Below are positions 40,200-51,074 of a DNA stretch of 64,000 nt, piece by piece. The DNA lies in the NCBI GenBank assembly GCA_964610105.1, contig CAZSUU010000015.1, positions 11,600-75,599 on the forward strand. The letters are read 5' to 3'. Made by a program: the position numbers and the translations under genes. The notes beneath the pieces were generated by a model that saw only the letters and a list, made by a program, of their open reading frames with translations, was not told the DNA's origin and did not search any database. This stretch comes from an uncultured Verrucomicrobiota bacterium (GTDB taxonomy: Bacteria; Verrucomicrobiota; Kiritimatiellia; PWTM01). Within the stretch, counting starts at the first letter, position 1. The number at the start of each line of letters is the position of its first letter.

Positions 40200-40979
40200 T
40201 CAGCGCCTCAACCCGCGCCGTAGAAGCGTGGCCACGCCGAACAGGATCAGCAGGCTGATCGTGCCGGGTTCGGGAATGACCTCGAGCGTCACGCTGTTCC
40301 AGACTTCCGAGCCCTGCCCCGTGCCCGTGAACGCGCCAAACAGCATGCGGTTCGCCGAAACGATGCCGGCCGGCGTCAGGGTGAACGACTGCGATCCGAC
40401 GCTCAGGCTTGCCGCGTTGTTGGTGCCCTCGATGACAAAGGTGCGAAACGTCTCGAACGCGGAGCCATCGATGACGAACCGGCTGGTCTGGTCGTAGACC
40501 ACGAGGTTCGTGTCGGCGTTGACCTCAAAATACAGGGAATAGCGGAAGTTCGGGCCCTCGAACCACACCCCCGAGTTGTTCTGGCGGCTCAGCGTGGACA
40601 CGAAGTAGTTGTTGACTCCGACGACATTGCCCGTCGTCCACGCGTGCCGGTCGATCGCCGCCGAGTACGTGAGGCGCCACAGGCCCGCGTCCGCCAAGGC
40701 CGTCTGGTCTTGCGGAGTCAGGGCGTACTGGTAGTACACGTAGCCGGTGCTCGTGGCATCCACCGTCCGCCAGCCGCCGTTGGTCGAATCGAATCCGCCC
40801 AGGTAGGCGTTGTTCACGTTCTTGACGTACGTCCACCCCGCGTCCGTGGGATTGGCCGAACTCCCCGCCGCGCCCCACACGGCACTGACGCCCGATGTGT
40901 ACCCGACGATAACCGAGGCCTGGACCGACCCGGCGAGCGCCAGCGCGCCTCCGACAACCAAAGCAAGCGACGTCTTCAT
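40200..40979 (-). CDS. PEP-CTERM sorting-domain secreted protein
   Basis: Signal peptide MKTSLALVVGGALALAGSVQA. C-terminal VIPEPGTISLLILFGVATLLRRGLRR is the PEP motif plus TM helix plus basic tail. GGAGACC Shine-Dalgarno sequence upstream of the ATG at 40979. Confidence 0.72.
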   Translation of the reverse strand: MKTSLALVVGGALALAGSVQASVIVGYTSGVSAVWGAAGSSANPTDAGWTYVKNVNNAYLGGFDSTNGGWRTVDATSTGYVYYQYALTPQDQTALADAGLWRLTYSAAIDRHAWTTGNVVGVNNYFVSTLSRQNNSGVWFEGPNFRYSLYFEVNADTNLVVYDQTSRFVIDGSAFETFRTFVIEGTNNAASLSVGSQSFTLTPAGIVSANRMLFGAFTGTGQGSEVWNSVTLEVIPEPGTISLLILFGVATLLRRGLRR

Positions 40980-41044
40980 CTGTGGTCTCCGTATCTGGAC
41001 AGATGACGTATAGACCGGCCCTTGACAGGGGGGGGAGCCGAATC

Positions 41045-41070
41045 TACTTGTATCATAGTGATACAGGTTT
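41045..41070. promoter_or_regulatory. perfect palindrome GTATCA-TAG-TGATAC in the divergent promoter region; candidate GntR-type operator
   Basis: A 6-3-6 perfect inverted repeat sits between the PEP-CTERM gene start and the regulator gene start. It fits the GntR-family GT-Nx-AC operator pattern. Coordinates are within about 2 nt. Confidence 0.45.
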
Positions 41071-41078
41071 CCACGCCG

Positions 41079-42176
41079 GTGGAGTCGTGGCGCCTCGCCC
41101 GGCAGAGCCTGCCGCGCCAGGTGGCGCAGCGTCTGCGGTCGCTGGCGGCCGCGGGCCGCCTTCCGCCCGTGCTCCCGTCGGAGGCCGTCCTGGCGGTCCG
41201 CTTCGGAACGAGCCGCCGCACGGTGCGCGCGGCGCTCGCGATGCTCGAGGCGGAGGGATGGGTGAGCGGCGGGCAGGGGCGCCGGCGGCAGGTCCGGGCC
41301 CTCCGGGGGGGACGGGCGTGTCCGTCGGCCGCCTCCCGCCTGATCGGCTATCTCACCCCCTTCGTCCCCGAACGGTCGGGCGGCGCCGCCTTGTTTCAGT
41401 TCGAGAGCTTCCGGGCGGCGCTGCTCGATCACGGATGGAGAACGCAGGTCGTGCCCACCCACGCCGAACGGCTGGCGAATCCCGGGCGCGCACTGGCCGC
41501 CGCGGTTTCCACCGTGGGCGCCGCGGCGTGGGTCCTGCATCTCTCCTCGCCGGAGATGCAGCGGTGGTTTGCCTCGCGGCGGATCCCCTGCGTGGTGAAT
41601 GGAACGACGGATCGGGGGTCCGGCCTGTGCGGCGTGGACGCGGACTGGCAGGCGATGGGCCGCCATGCGGCGGGCACGCTGCTTCACCACGGCCACACCT
41701 CCGTGGCCCTGCTCGAACCGTCGGAGAGGACGATCGGGCTCGCGCGTCTGAACGCGGGACTGGCCGCCGGCCTCGCCGGCCGCGCGTCTCTTCACGTCCT
41801 GCGCCACGACGGCTCGGTCGCACAGATCCTGCGGGAACTGGGCCGCATCCGCCGTCTCGTCGCCCGCCCGACTGCGATCGTGGTTCACGCGTTCCGCAAT
41901 CTGCTGACGGTGCTGACCGGCTTGGCGACCCTCGGTGTCCGCATCCCCGATGACTTCGCCGTGCTGTCCACGGACGACGATCCCCTGATCGACCGCCTGG
42001 TGCCCTCGATCGCCCACTACCGGCGGGACCACGCCGCCCAGGCGCGCCGCCTGGCCGATGTCCTGCTGCGCGTCCTCGACCACCGCCCGCCGCGGCAGCC
42101 GGTCATCCTGATGCCCGATTTCGTGCCCGGCGATTCGCTGCCGCCGCGGCCGGGCAGCCGGACCGCCGGTCGGTGA
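41079..42176 (+). CDS. paralogous GntR-like/PBP-domain transcriptional regulator
   Basis: Same architecture as 39014..40111, with HTH LPSEAVLAVRFGTSRRTVRAALAMLEAEGWV. The GTG start at VESWRLA was chosen by alignment with its paralogue and to leave the palindrome in non-coding DNA. The ORF track start at 41022 is the alternative. Confidence 0.58.
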   Translation: MESWRLARQSLPRQVAQRLRSLAAAGRLPPVLPSEAVLAVRFGTSRRTVRAALAMLEAEGWVSGGQGRRRQVRALRGGRACPSAASRLIGYLTPFVPERSGGAALFQFESFRAALLDHGWRTQVVPTHAERLANPGRALAAAVSTVGAAAWVLHLSSPEMQRWFASRRIPCVVNGTTDRGSGLCGVDADWQAMGRHAAGTLLHHGHTSVALLEPSERTIGLARLNAGLAAGLAGRASLHVLRHDGSVAQILRELGRIRRLVARPTAIVVHAFRNLLTVLTGLATLGVRIPDDFAVLSTDDDPLIDRLVPSIAHYRRDHAAQARRLADVLLRVLDHRPPRQPVILMPDFVPGDSLPPRPGSRTAGR

Positions 42177-42270
42177 TCGCCCGGACCCGCCGCCCGACCG
42201 ACGCCAGAGGGGCGCGGCAGCGGGAGGTGGAGCGTTGTCGATCGGCGCGGCGCCCGCTATAGTGCCGGCC

Positions 42271-43179
<909 letters not shown>

Positions 43180-43342
43180 GTTGGAGTCTGTGGCTTGAGG
43201 CGTGCGATCGCGAGGTCGATCGGGAAGGAACGGTCACCTGCGGCTCAGTACGAGGCAGGGGTTCCGGGCAGACCTGGGCCCTGCGGCCCAGGCCCCCCCA
43301 CCGTCCCGTGCGAGAGGAGCGGGGATGCCGGCACGGCGCCGG

Positions 43343-44959
43343 CTACGGGACGAATCCCGACGCGATGCGGCCGAACGCCTCCACCTGCCGCTGCTGCCAG
43401 GCCTCGTCGCGGTCCAGCTCGCGCGCCAGAAGGTGCGCCACGGCCGGCGCGACCGACACGGCGGCACGGGCGTTCAGATACAGCGCCCGCGTCCGCCGCG
43501 CGAGAACGTCGTCCACCGTTCTCGCCATCTCGTGACGCGCGGCCCACACCACCTGCGCCCCCATGATCGACAGGCCCGCATGCAGCGGCCGGGCGAGCTC
43601 CGGCTGGCGGCGAGCGAGCTCCTCGAGCGGCGCGGCGTCCGTGCCGTAACCGGCGAGCGCCTCCGTCCGGGGCGGTTCCCGATCGTATCCGTGAATCCGC
43701 AGGTCGCGCGTCACGCAGGGCCGTTCCTCGAGCCGTCCCAGCACGAGGGCATGGTCCACCACATCCTCCGCCATCTTCCGGTACGTGGTCCACTTGCCGC
43801 CGGCGACGGTGAGCAGACCGGATCGGGAGATGTGAATCGTGTGTTCACGGGAAAGCGACGCCGTCTTCGCGACGTCCCCCGCCCTCACGAGCGGACGGAT
43901 GCCCGTGAAGACACTGAGGATGTCGCCGCGCGACGGCTTGCGGGCGAGGTAGTCGCGCGCGGTGTCGAGGATGAAATCCACCTCGTGCGCCAGCGGCCGG
44001 GGTTCGAGGCTCACGTCCGGAATGGGCGTGTCCGTCGTGCCGACCACCGCATGCCCATGCCAGGGGATCGCGAACATGACGCGTCCGTCGCGCGTGTGCG
44101 GCACCATGATCGCCGTGTCGCCCGGCAGGAAGGTGCGATCGAGCACGAGGTGCACGCCCTGGCTCGGGGCGATCATCGGCTCGGCCCCGGGTTCGTCGAG
44201 GCGACGGACGTCGTCGCAGAACGCGCCGCCGGCGTTGACGACGCAGCGGGCGGACACCGCGCAGCCGCATCCGCTCTCCTCGTCCCGGAACTCCAGGCCC
44301 GTCACATACCCGCCGGCGTCCTTCCGGAGCCCGACCACGCGCGCGTAGTTCAGGGCGCAGGCGCCGTGTTCGACGGCCGTCTGGACGAGGTGGACCAGGA
44401 GGCGGCTGTCGTCGAACTGCCCGTCATGGTACAGCACGCCGCCGCGCAGCCCCTCGCGCTGCAGGGTGGGAATGCGCGCGAGCACCTCGTCGGGCGAGAG
44501 CAGCACCGATCGTCCGAAACCGTAGCGTCCGGCCAGCAGGTCGTAAACCTTGAGGCCAATCCCGTAGAAGGGCGTCTCCCACCAGGCGTAGTTGGGAACC
44601 ACGAACGGCAGGTCGTGCACCAGGTGGGGGGCGTTCTGCAGCAGCAGGCCGCGCTCCTTCAGCGCCTCCATCACGAGGGGAACGTTTCCCTGCTGGAGGT
44701 AGCGCACGCCCCCGTGCACGAGCTTCGTCGAGCGGCTCGAGGTCCCCTTGCCGAAGTCGCTCTGCTCCAGCAGCACCACCGCGTATCCGCGCGACGCGGC
44801 GTCGACGGCGACGCCGACGCCCGTCGCCCCTCCCCCGACCACCGCGAGGTCCCACGGCTCCCGGCGCGCACGGATGCGGGCCAGGCATGCGTCGCGCTGA
44901 AAGGCGGCGGCGCCGTCTCCCCCACCCTCCGCGGCCCCCTGCAGGTCAGGTGCTTTCAT
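43343..44959 (-). CDS. glpD: FAD-dependent glycerol-3-phosphate dehydrogenase
   Basis: FAD Rossmann motif [15 protein letters not shown] and GlpD/GlpA family blocks throughout. Start at MKAPDLQG (internal Met 141 of ORF 43343..45379), which overlaps the glpK 3' end by 14 nt. The true start may be a downstream non-ATG codon. Confidence 0.8.
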   Translation of the reverse strand: MKAPDLQGAAEGGGDGAAAFQRDACLARIRARREPWDLAVVGGGATGVGVAVDAASRGYAVVLLEQSDFGKGTSSRSTKLVHGGVRYLQQGNVPLVMEALKERGLLLQNAPHLVHDLPFVVPNYAWWETPFYGIGLKVYDLLAGRYGFGRSVLLSPDEVLARIPTLQREGLRGGVLYHDGQFDDSRLLVHLVQTAVEHGACALNYARVVGLRKDAGGYVTGLEFRDEESGCGCAVSARCVVNAGGAFCDDVRRLDEPGAEPMIAPSQGVHLVLDRTFLPGDTAIMVPHTRDGRVMFAIPWHGHAVVGTTDTPIPDVSLEPRPLAHEVDFILDTARDYLARKPSRGDILSVFTGIRPLVRAGDVAKTASLSREHTIHISRSGLLTVAGGKWTTYRKMAEDVVDHALVLGRLEERPCVTRDLRIHGYDREPPRTEALAGYGTDAAPLEELARRQPELARPLHAGLSIMGAQVVWAARHEMARTVDDVLARRTRALYLNARAAVSVAPAVAHLLARELDRDEAWQQRQVEAFGRIASGFVP

Positions 44960-46457
44960 GTTCCTCCCAGTCCGCGGCGCGGCGGAGCGCCTCCGCCCAG
45001 CGGGCGCGCCGGTGGGCGGCCTCGTCCGCGCCCATGGCCGGTTCGAAGACACGGTCGGCCTGCCACGTCCGCCGGATGTCCTCCCGATCGCGCCAGTACC
45101 CGACCGCCAGTCCGGCGAGGCAGGCCGCCCCGAAGGCGGTGGTCTCCACCACGAGCGGCCGGACCACCGGCACCCGGAGCAGATCCGACTGGAACTGCAG
45201 GAGCAGGTTGTTCGCCGCCGCCCCGCCGTCGACCCGCAGCTCGTCGACCGCCCCACCCGAATCCGCGCGCATGACGTCCAGCACGTCGGCGACCTGGAAG
45301 GCGATCGCTTCGAGCGCCGCCCGCGCCAGGTGGCCCGCGCCCGTCCCGCGCGTGAGGCCGACCACCGTCCCCCGCGCATACGGGTCCCAGTGCGGCGCCC
45401 CCAATCCCGAGAAGGCCGGCACGAGGTACACGCCGCCGCAGTCCGGCACGCTCTCGGCCAGGGCTTCCACCTCCGCGGACGAGCGGATCAGACCCAGGCC
45501 GTCGCGGAGCCACTGGACCACGGCCCCCCCCGCGAACACGCTGCCCTCCAACGCATAATCGGTGCCCTCGGGCATCTTCCACGCGACGGTGGTAAGCAGC
45601 CGGTGGCGCGACGGCACGGGCTGCCCGCCGATGTTCATCAGCATGAAGCAGCCCGTGCCGTACGTGTTCTTCGCCATGCCACGCGAGAGACAGCCCTGCC
45701 CGAACAGCGCGGCCTGCTGGTCCCCCGCGATCCCCCCGATGCGGACTGGCGCATCGAACACGCCCGCCGCCGTCTCGCCGTACACCTCGCTCGAGGAGCG
45801 CACCTCGGGCAGCACCTCCCTCGGCACGCCCAGCAGGCGCAGGAGCTCGTCGTCCCAGTCGCCCGTGTGGAGGTTGAAGAGCATCGTGCGCGACGCGTTG
45901 CCGGGGTCCGTGATGTGGAGTCCCCCGGCCGTCAGATTCCACAGCAACCAGGTGTCGACCGTCCCGAAGGCCAGCTCGCCTCGCGCCGCCCGCTCGCGGG
46001 CGCCGGGCACGTGATCGAGCATCCAGCGGATCTTGCTCCCGGAGAAATACGCGTCCGGAACCAGCCCGGTCTTCCCCTGGATCAAGTCCGCGTGGCCGGC
46101 CCGGCGGAGTCCGTCGCAGAACGCCGCGGTGCGACGGTCCTGCCAGACGATCGCAGGGTGGATTGGCTCGCCGGTCCGCCGATCCCAGAGGATGGAGGTT
46201 TCGCGCTGATTGGCGACGCCGATGGCCGCGACATCCGCCGCGCCCAGCCCCGCGCGCGACAGGGCCTCGCGGGCGACGGCGATCTGGGAGGACCAGATCT
46301 CGCGCGGGTCATGCTCCACCCACCCGCCGCGCGGGTAGCTCTGCCGGAATTCCCGTTGCGCAGTAGCGAGGATCGCGCCGGCGTGGTCGAACACGATCGC
46401 GCGGGAACTGGTCGTGCCCTGGTCGAGGGCGAGGACGGCGGATGGGGAATTGGACAT
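44946..46457 (-). CDS. glpK: glycerol kinase
   Basis: N-terminal [16 protein letters not shown] plus GlpK blocks NTYGTGCF and [15 protein letters not shown]. Start at MSNSPSAV (internal Met 85). The upstream part of ORF 44946..46709 overlaps vapC and is non-coding. Confidence 0.85.
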   Translation of the reverse strand: MSNSPSAVLALDQGTTSSRAIVFDHAGAILATAQREFRQSYPRGGWVEHDPREIWSSQIAVAREALSRAGLGAADVAAIGVANQRETSILWDRRTGEPIHPAIVWQDRRTAAFCDGLRRAGHADLIQGKTGLVPDAYFSGSKIRWMLDHVPGARERAARGELAFGTVDTWLLWNLTAGGLHITDPGNASRTMLFNLHTGDWDDELLRLLGVPREVLPEVRSSSEVYGETAAGVFDAPVRIGGIAGDQQAALFGQGCLSRGMAKNTYGTGCFMLMNIGGQPVPSRHRLLTTVAWKMPEGTDYALEGSVFAGGAVVQWLRDGLGLIRSSAEVEALAESVPDCGGVYLVPAFSGLGAPHWDPYARGTVVGLTRGTGAGHLARAALEAIAFQVADVLDVMRADSGGAVDELRVDGGAAANNLLLQFQSDLLRVPVVRPLVVETTAFGAACLAGLAVGYWRDREDIRRTWQADRVFEPAMGADEAAHRRARWAEALRRAADWEEHEST

Positions 46458-46494
46458 CGATGCACCCGTGGCGGATTCGGCCGCGGCCCAATAA

Positions 46495-46869
46495 TCATGG
46501 CTTCGGAAAGTACCGGACCTCCGGGAAGGATTTGAAATGGACATCCTGCGTCCAGAGTGTCGCCTGATGCTCGCGGGCCGTGGCGAGGATGATCGCGTCG
46601 GCCATGGGCAGCCCATGGCGCAAGCTGAGCTTGCCTGCCATGATGGCCAGCTTCGACGTGAGGTCGACAACCAGACCCTTCCGCAGGGCTGCGCATGCCT
46701 GCAACGCACGGTTCTCCCCGGATTCCCGCAGGACCACCTTGAACACCTCGTAGAGAATCACCGTGGGAACGAGCAACTCGTCCGATGCCCTTACCACGGG
46801 AGCGAACCGATCAGCGTTGGGTTCGTCTGCAAAGTACTCCAGCCAGCCGGAGGAATCGACAACGTTCAC
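46495..46869 (-). CDS. vapC: type II toxin-antitoxin system VapC-family toxin (PIN domain)
   Basis: PIN domain with N-terminal [13 protein letters not shown] (Asp at position 5) and conserved acidic residues. 124 aa. Starts 4 nt inside the antitoxin gene (ATGA). Confidence 0.8.
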   Translation of the reverse strand: MNVVDSSGWLEYFADEPNADRFAPVVRASDELLVPTVILYEVFKVVLRESGENRALQACAALRKGLVVDLTSKLAIMAGKLSLRHGLPMADAIILATAREHQATLWTQDVHFKSFPEVRYFPKP

Positions 46870-47072
46870 AACCGATCCCCCTCCCGTTCGAACTTGGTGT
46901 TGATCCCCTTCAGAAATCCCCGTAGCTCGGCGATGTCGCGGTCGGGGATGAGTTCGATACGCCCCTCGTACTCGACGACCTGGATCTTCTGCCCCGGACG
47001 CAGACGCATCGCCCGGCGAACCGGCAACGGAATGACCACCTGGTACTTGGGCGAAAGTTTCACTGCATACAT
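46866..47072 (-). CDS. vapB: AbrB/MazE/SpoVT-type antitoxin (VapB)
   Basis: 68 aa with a SpoVT/AbrB swapped-hairpin N-terminus (MYAVKLSPKYQVVIPLPVRRAMRL). Translationally coupled to vapC. Confidence 0.7.
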   Translation of the reverse strand: MYAVKLSPKYQVVIPLPVRRAMRLRPGQKIQVVEYEGRIELIPDRDIAELRGFLKGINTKFEREGDRL

Positions 47073-47488
47073 AACGATTACCCTATCGATATTCAGTAGT
47101 TGTACGCTAGCATGATCGATCGAGCTTCGTCAACCTCCCCGAATAACCGGTCCCATCGCTGTCGATTCTTCAAGCGCTCGATTGCTTCACTTCTGTTCCA
47201 GCACGACGCATCGCTCGTTGCCTCGCAAATCCGTCGCCGAGCGTCCGGGCGTCGAGCGCGGACGCCCGCGACCGTCCCTGGCGGACAGCGGAGACGGAAC
47301 ACGCGGCCAGCGGTGCCTTGGGCCTGGCACACCTGGAAGTGAATCCAAGCGTCGATACGGGCTCCCTTCTGCCATGGCTCAGTCGTCCGACGATGGCGAA
47401 CAGGACGATGTGCGCTCTGGAAGGTGGAGGTTCACCGCCGGCTGCCCGCCCGCCGTCGTCAGCGCGTTCATTGCGCCTGGGTCGGGCG

Positions 47489-48817
47489 TCAGTCTTGTCT
47501 GGCGCCCACACCCGCCTCGATCCGATACAGGTGCGTCTTCGTCCGCAGGAAAAGGGCGTTGCCCGAAACCGCCGGCGAGGCCATGAAGCCGGCATCCAGC
47601 GTGTTGGTCCCCAGAACCTCGAAGGTGCGACCGGCCTTGAGTACGGTCGCCTTGCCCTGCTGGTTGAAGAAATGGAGCCGTCCCGCCGCGAAGATCGGCG
47701 AAGCGATGAAGTTGCCGCCCAGCCGCTCCCGCCAGACTTCCTTGCCCGTCGCCGCCTCCAGGCAGGTGACCATCCCGTCGTCGGACGGCATGTACAGCAG
47801 GTCGTCCACGAGAATGGATGACGGGGTCCGCGGGACGTGGCGGTCGAGTTTCCACGCCACATGGGTGCCGGTGACGTCGCCGGTCCCGTCGACGCGGACC
47901 GCCCACATCTCGGGCTTGGGAAAGCCGATGGCGATGATGGCAAGTCCCCGCGTGAACAACGGCCGGGCCGCGCATGAGTAGGCGGCGTGGTGGACCTTCC
48001 AGAGCTCCTTCCCGGTCCGCGGATCGTAGCCGTAGGCGGCCTTGGCACCGGTGCTGATCAGCATGGGCTTGCCCTTGACGTCCACGATCAACGGCGTGCT
48101 GAAGGCCTTGCGCATGTCGCCTTCGCGAGACGGTTTGCCGTCGGCGTCCAGGTCATTCCACTCCGCCGTGCGGTCGGTCTTCCAGACCGTGCGGCCCGTC
48201 TTCTTGTCGAGGGCGACGACGTACTGCACGTCGACCCCGTCCATCGTGAGGATCAGCAGATCCTCGAAGAGAACGGGCGACGAACCCGGTCCGCGGTAGT
48301 GGCGGCAGGGCAGGTCGCGCCGGTCCCAGAGGACCTTGCCCGTCCCCGTGTCGAGGCCGGCGGTGCCGTAGCTGCCGAAGTGGACATACACGCGCCCCGG
48401 CTCGATCGCCGGCGAGGGCGAGGCGTAGCAGTTGACCGCGTTGCCCAGCGGTTCGGGACTGTCAGAGTGGAACAGCTTCTCGTTCAGCCGGACTTTCCCC
48501 GTCTCGGCGTCGACGCAGATCGCGAAGAAGTCGTTTCCCTCCGCCGTGGCCGTGGTGAGCCAAACCTGGCCGCCCATGACCACCGGCGTGGACCAGCCGC
48601 GGTGCGGGATCTCGGTCCTCCACTTGACGTTCTCCGTCTCACTCCACTTGAGCGGGAGACCCGGCGCGGCGGCGCCCGGAGCGGCGGGCACGTATCCGTC
48701 GCCCGTCGGACCGCGGAACTCGGGCCAGTCCGCCCGCGCCGCGCCCGCGGTCGCCAGGAGGATGAAAGGAGCCGCCCAGCGGTGGCGAAGCACGAACGAC
48801 CGGCTGCACAGACTCAT
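47489..48817 (-). CDS. secreted PQQ-like beta-propeller repeat protein
   Basis: Signal peptide, then repeated W-containing blades (KVLWDR, RTVWKT, KELWKV and KEVWRE) typical of PQQ/BamB-type beta-propellers. 442 aa. Confidence 0.7.
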   Translation of the reverse strand: MSLCSRSFVLRHRWAAPFILLATAGAARADWPEFRGPTGDGYVPAAPGAAAPGLPLKWSETENVKWRTEIPHRGWSTPVVMGGQVWLTTATAEGNDFFAICVDAETGKVRLNEKLFHSDSPEPLGNAVNCYASPSPAIEPGRVYVHFGSYGTAGLDTGTGKVLWDRRDLPCRHYRGPGSSPVLFEDLLILTMDGVDVQYVVALDKKTGRTVWKTDRTAEWNDLDADGKPSREGDMRKAFSTPLIVDVKGKPMLISTGAKAAYGYDPRTGKELWKVHHAAYSCAARPLFTRGLAIIAIGFPKPEMWAVRVDGTGDVTGTHVAWKLDRHVPRTPSSILVDDLLYMPSDDGMVTCLEAATGKEVWRERLGGNFIASPIFAAGRLHFFNQQGKATVLKAGRTFEVLGTNTLDAGFMASPAVSGNALFLRTKTHLYRIEAGVGARQD

Positions 48818-48893
48818 GACGTGTCATCTCCTGTCGCCCGCCGGGCGCCGACGGGGGTCCCGCGTGCGATCGACGGCCTCATCCCTATCGCAC

Positions 48894-48926
48894 TCCCAAT
48901 CCCAATCGCAATCGCAATCGCGATCC
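48894..48926. repeat. hexanucleotide microsatellite (CAATCG/CAATCC)x5 flanked by direct CCTCATCCCT repeats and a GATGAGG-GA-CCTCATC palindrome
   Basis: Lies in the 430-bp region upstream of the PQQ-propeller gene. The sequence cccaatcccaatcgcaatcgcaatcgcgatcc is visible directly. Confidence 0.6.
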
Positions 48927-49248
48927 GTCGCTCGATCGAGACCGATGAGGGACCTCATCCCTGCGCGCGGCCGTCCTGAAGCGGCTTGGGGCCATCGCGC
49001 GGTTCTGTAGCTCCGGCGCTCCGTCGCCAGCGTCAGCGTCTCGTATCCGGAACGATTGCGAGTGGGATGGCGATGCACGTTCCGATACCGGCCGGGGCGC
49101 TGAATCTGATGATGGACTGCAGCCCGTATGGTCGCCTTCCCCGACGCCACAGGCGCGTCCACGGAGCATCTGTAGACGCGTCGTTATGCAACGCACGCGC
49201 CGCACAGCGGCGCGGCCACGGACCTCGGGCGGCGCGCGCGAGCCCGCC

Positions 49249-50577
49249 TCAATCGAACTTCCTCAGGTCGACCACGCGTCGGGCCTTGCCCTCGGATCGC
49301 TCGATGGTGCCGGGTTCGACGAGTTTCACCCCCACGTGCACGCCCAGCGATCGCTCCAGTTTGTACTCGAGATCCTGGGTCATCGCCCGCAGCTTCTTCA
49401 TCTCGTCGAAGAACATCCGTTCCGAGACCTCGACGCGCACCTCCATCTGGTCCAGGGCCGCCTCGCGGGTGACGACGATCTGGTAGTGGGGACTGGCGCC
49501 TTCGACCGCCATGAGGACCTCCTCGACGTGCGAGGGATAGACGTTCACGCCGCGGATGATCAGCATGTCGTCCGATCGGCCGGTGACCTTCGACATCCGC
49601 ACGCTGGTGCGGCCGCACGGGCAGCGCGAGTAGTCGAGCGAGCAGATGTCGCGCGTGCGGTACCGGATGACGGGGATGGCCTCCTTGGTCAGCGTCGTCA
49701 GCACCAGCTCGCCGCCCCGCGACGGATCCTCCTCCGTCTCGCCGGTTCCCGGATGGATCAGTTCCGGAAGGAAGTGGTCCTCGAAGATGTGCATGCCCCG
49801 CTGGTGGCGGCACTCGCCCGACACGCCCGGGCCCATGACCTCGCTGAGGCCGTAGTTGTCGGTGGCGAAGATGCCGAGCCGGCCCTCGATCTGCTCCCGC
49901 ATGCCGTTCGACCAGAACTCGCCGCCGAAGAAGCCCAGCCGAAGCTCCAGGTCCTCGCGCGGCACGCCGAGTTTGCGCACGGTCTCCCCGAGATACACGG
50001 CATAAGAGGGCGTGCACACCAGGGCCGTGGAGCCGAAATCGCGCATGATCTGGATCTGCCGCTCCGTGCGGCCCGACGAAACGGGGATCACGGCCGCCCC
50101 CACCCGCTCCGCGCCGTAGTGCAGGCCGAAGCCGCCGGTGAAGAGGCCGTAGCCGAAGGCCACCTGTACCACGTCATGGGGGGTCAGCCCGCCGGCGACC
50201 AGGAAGCGCGCCACCAGCGTCGTCCAGGTCTCCATGTCGTTGCGGGTGTAGCCGACCACCGTGGCCTTGCCGGTGGTGCCCGACGACGCGTGGATGCGCA
50301 CCAGATCCTCGCGGGGCACGGCGAAGGCCCCGTAGGGATACGTCTTCCGCAGGTCTTCCTTCGTCGTGAACGGAAGCCACCGCACGTCGTCCAGCGTCTT
50401 GATGTCGCCCGGCGCGATACCGGCCGTCCGCATCTTGTCGTGGTAGTAGGGCAGGCGGTCCCATGCGCAGCGCACCACGCCCTGGAGACGGTCGAGTTGG
50501 AGCTGCTCCAATTCAGCGCGGGGCATGCACTCCAGCGCCGGCTCCCAGATGGAAAACTTGAGTCTTGAGGTGTTCAC
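49249..50577 (-). CDS. paaK: phenylacetate-CoA ligase
   Basis: AMP-binding motif [15 protein letters not shown] and PaaK-specific C-terminal blocks (YRTRD and CPCGRT). Confidence 0.85.
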   Translation of the reverse strand: MNTSRLKFSIWEPALECMPRAELEQLQLDRLQGVVRCAWDRLPYYHDKMRTAGIAPGDIKTLDDVRWLPFTTKEDLRKTYPYGAFAVPREDLVRIHASSGTTGKATVVGYTRNDMETWTTLVARFLVAGGLTPHDVVQVAFGYGLFTGGFGLHYGAERVGAAVIPVSSGRTERQIQIMRDFGSTALVCTPSYAVYLGETVRKLGVPREDLELRLGFFGGEFWSNGMREQIEGRLGIFATDNYGLSEVMGPGVSGECRHQRGMHIFEDHFLPELIHPGTGETEEDPSRGGELVLTTLTKEAIPVIRYRTRDICSLDYSRCPCGRTSVRMSKVTGRSDDMLIIRGVNVYPSHVEEVLMAVEGASPHYQIVVTREAALDQMEVRVEVSERMFFDEMKKLRAMTQDLEYKLERSLGVHVGVKLVEPGTIERSEGKARRVVDLRKFD

Positions 50578-50616
50578 AGCCGTCCCGCCTCCGCTCCCCC
50601 GACGCCGGCCCGCCTT

Positions 50617-51048
50617 CTACAACGCATACACCGTCTGGGCCGGCAGCACGGAGATGCCCGCGCCGCGCAGGACGTTGACCGCGGCCTCGGGTTCCTCGAA
50701 GCGGAAGATCACGACCGCCTTGTCTGTCGCCTTCTCGACAAAGGCATACATGTACTCGACGTTGATTCCGGCGCGCTGCAGGGGGTCGAGCACGCTGGCG
50801 AGGCCGCCCGGCTGGTCCGGCACCTCCACGGCGATGACGTCGGTCAACTGCACCGTGAAACTCGCCTCGCGCAGGACGGCATGGGCGCGGGCCACGTCGT
50901 TGACGATCAGGCGCAGGATCCCGAAATCGGACGTGTCGGCCAGCGAAAGGGCCCGGATATTGATGCCCGACTCGCCGAGCAGCCGCACGATCTCGGCCAG
51001 CCGCCCCGCCCGGTTCTCCAGAAACACCGACAGTTGCCGCACCTTCAT
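50617..51048 (-). CDS. ACT domain-containing protein
   Basis: 143 aa with two ACT-like beta-alpha-beta-beta-alpha-beta units. Sits between the two paaK paralogues. Confidence 0.7.
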   Translation of the reverse strand: MKVRQLSVFLENRAGRLAEIVRLLGESGINIRALSLADTSDFGILRLIVNDVARAHAVLREASFTVQLTDVIAVEVPDQPGGLASVLDPLQRAGINVEYMYAFVEKATDKAVVIFRFEEPEAAVNVLRGAGISVLPAQTVYAL

Positions 51049-51074
51049 GGTCTACTCCTTCCCGCCGAGGGCGC

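Noticed and set aside
41030-41056. TTGACA ... TATCAT as a sigma-70 promoter for the regulator
   Set aside because: The spacing between the hexamers is about 23 nt, too long for a canonical promoter. The palindrome is kept only as an operator candidate.
43202-45274. 690-aa plus-strand ORF over glpD and glpK
   Set aside because: GlpD and GlpK homology on the minus strand is unambiguous.
44958-46535. 525-aa plus-strand ORF antisense to glpK
   Set aside because: Same reason. No motifs.
47290-47345. TGGCAC-containing stretch (cctggcacacctggaag) as a possible sigma-54 promoter
   Set aside because: It lacks the -12 TTGC element at the correct spacing. Likely a chance occurrence.
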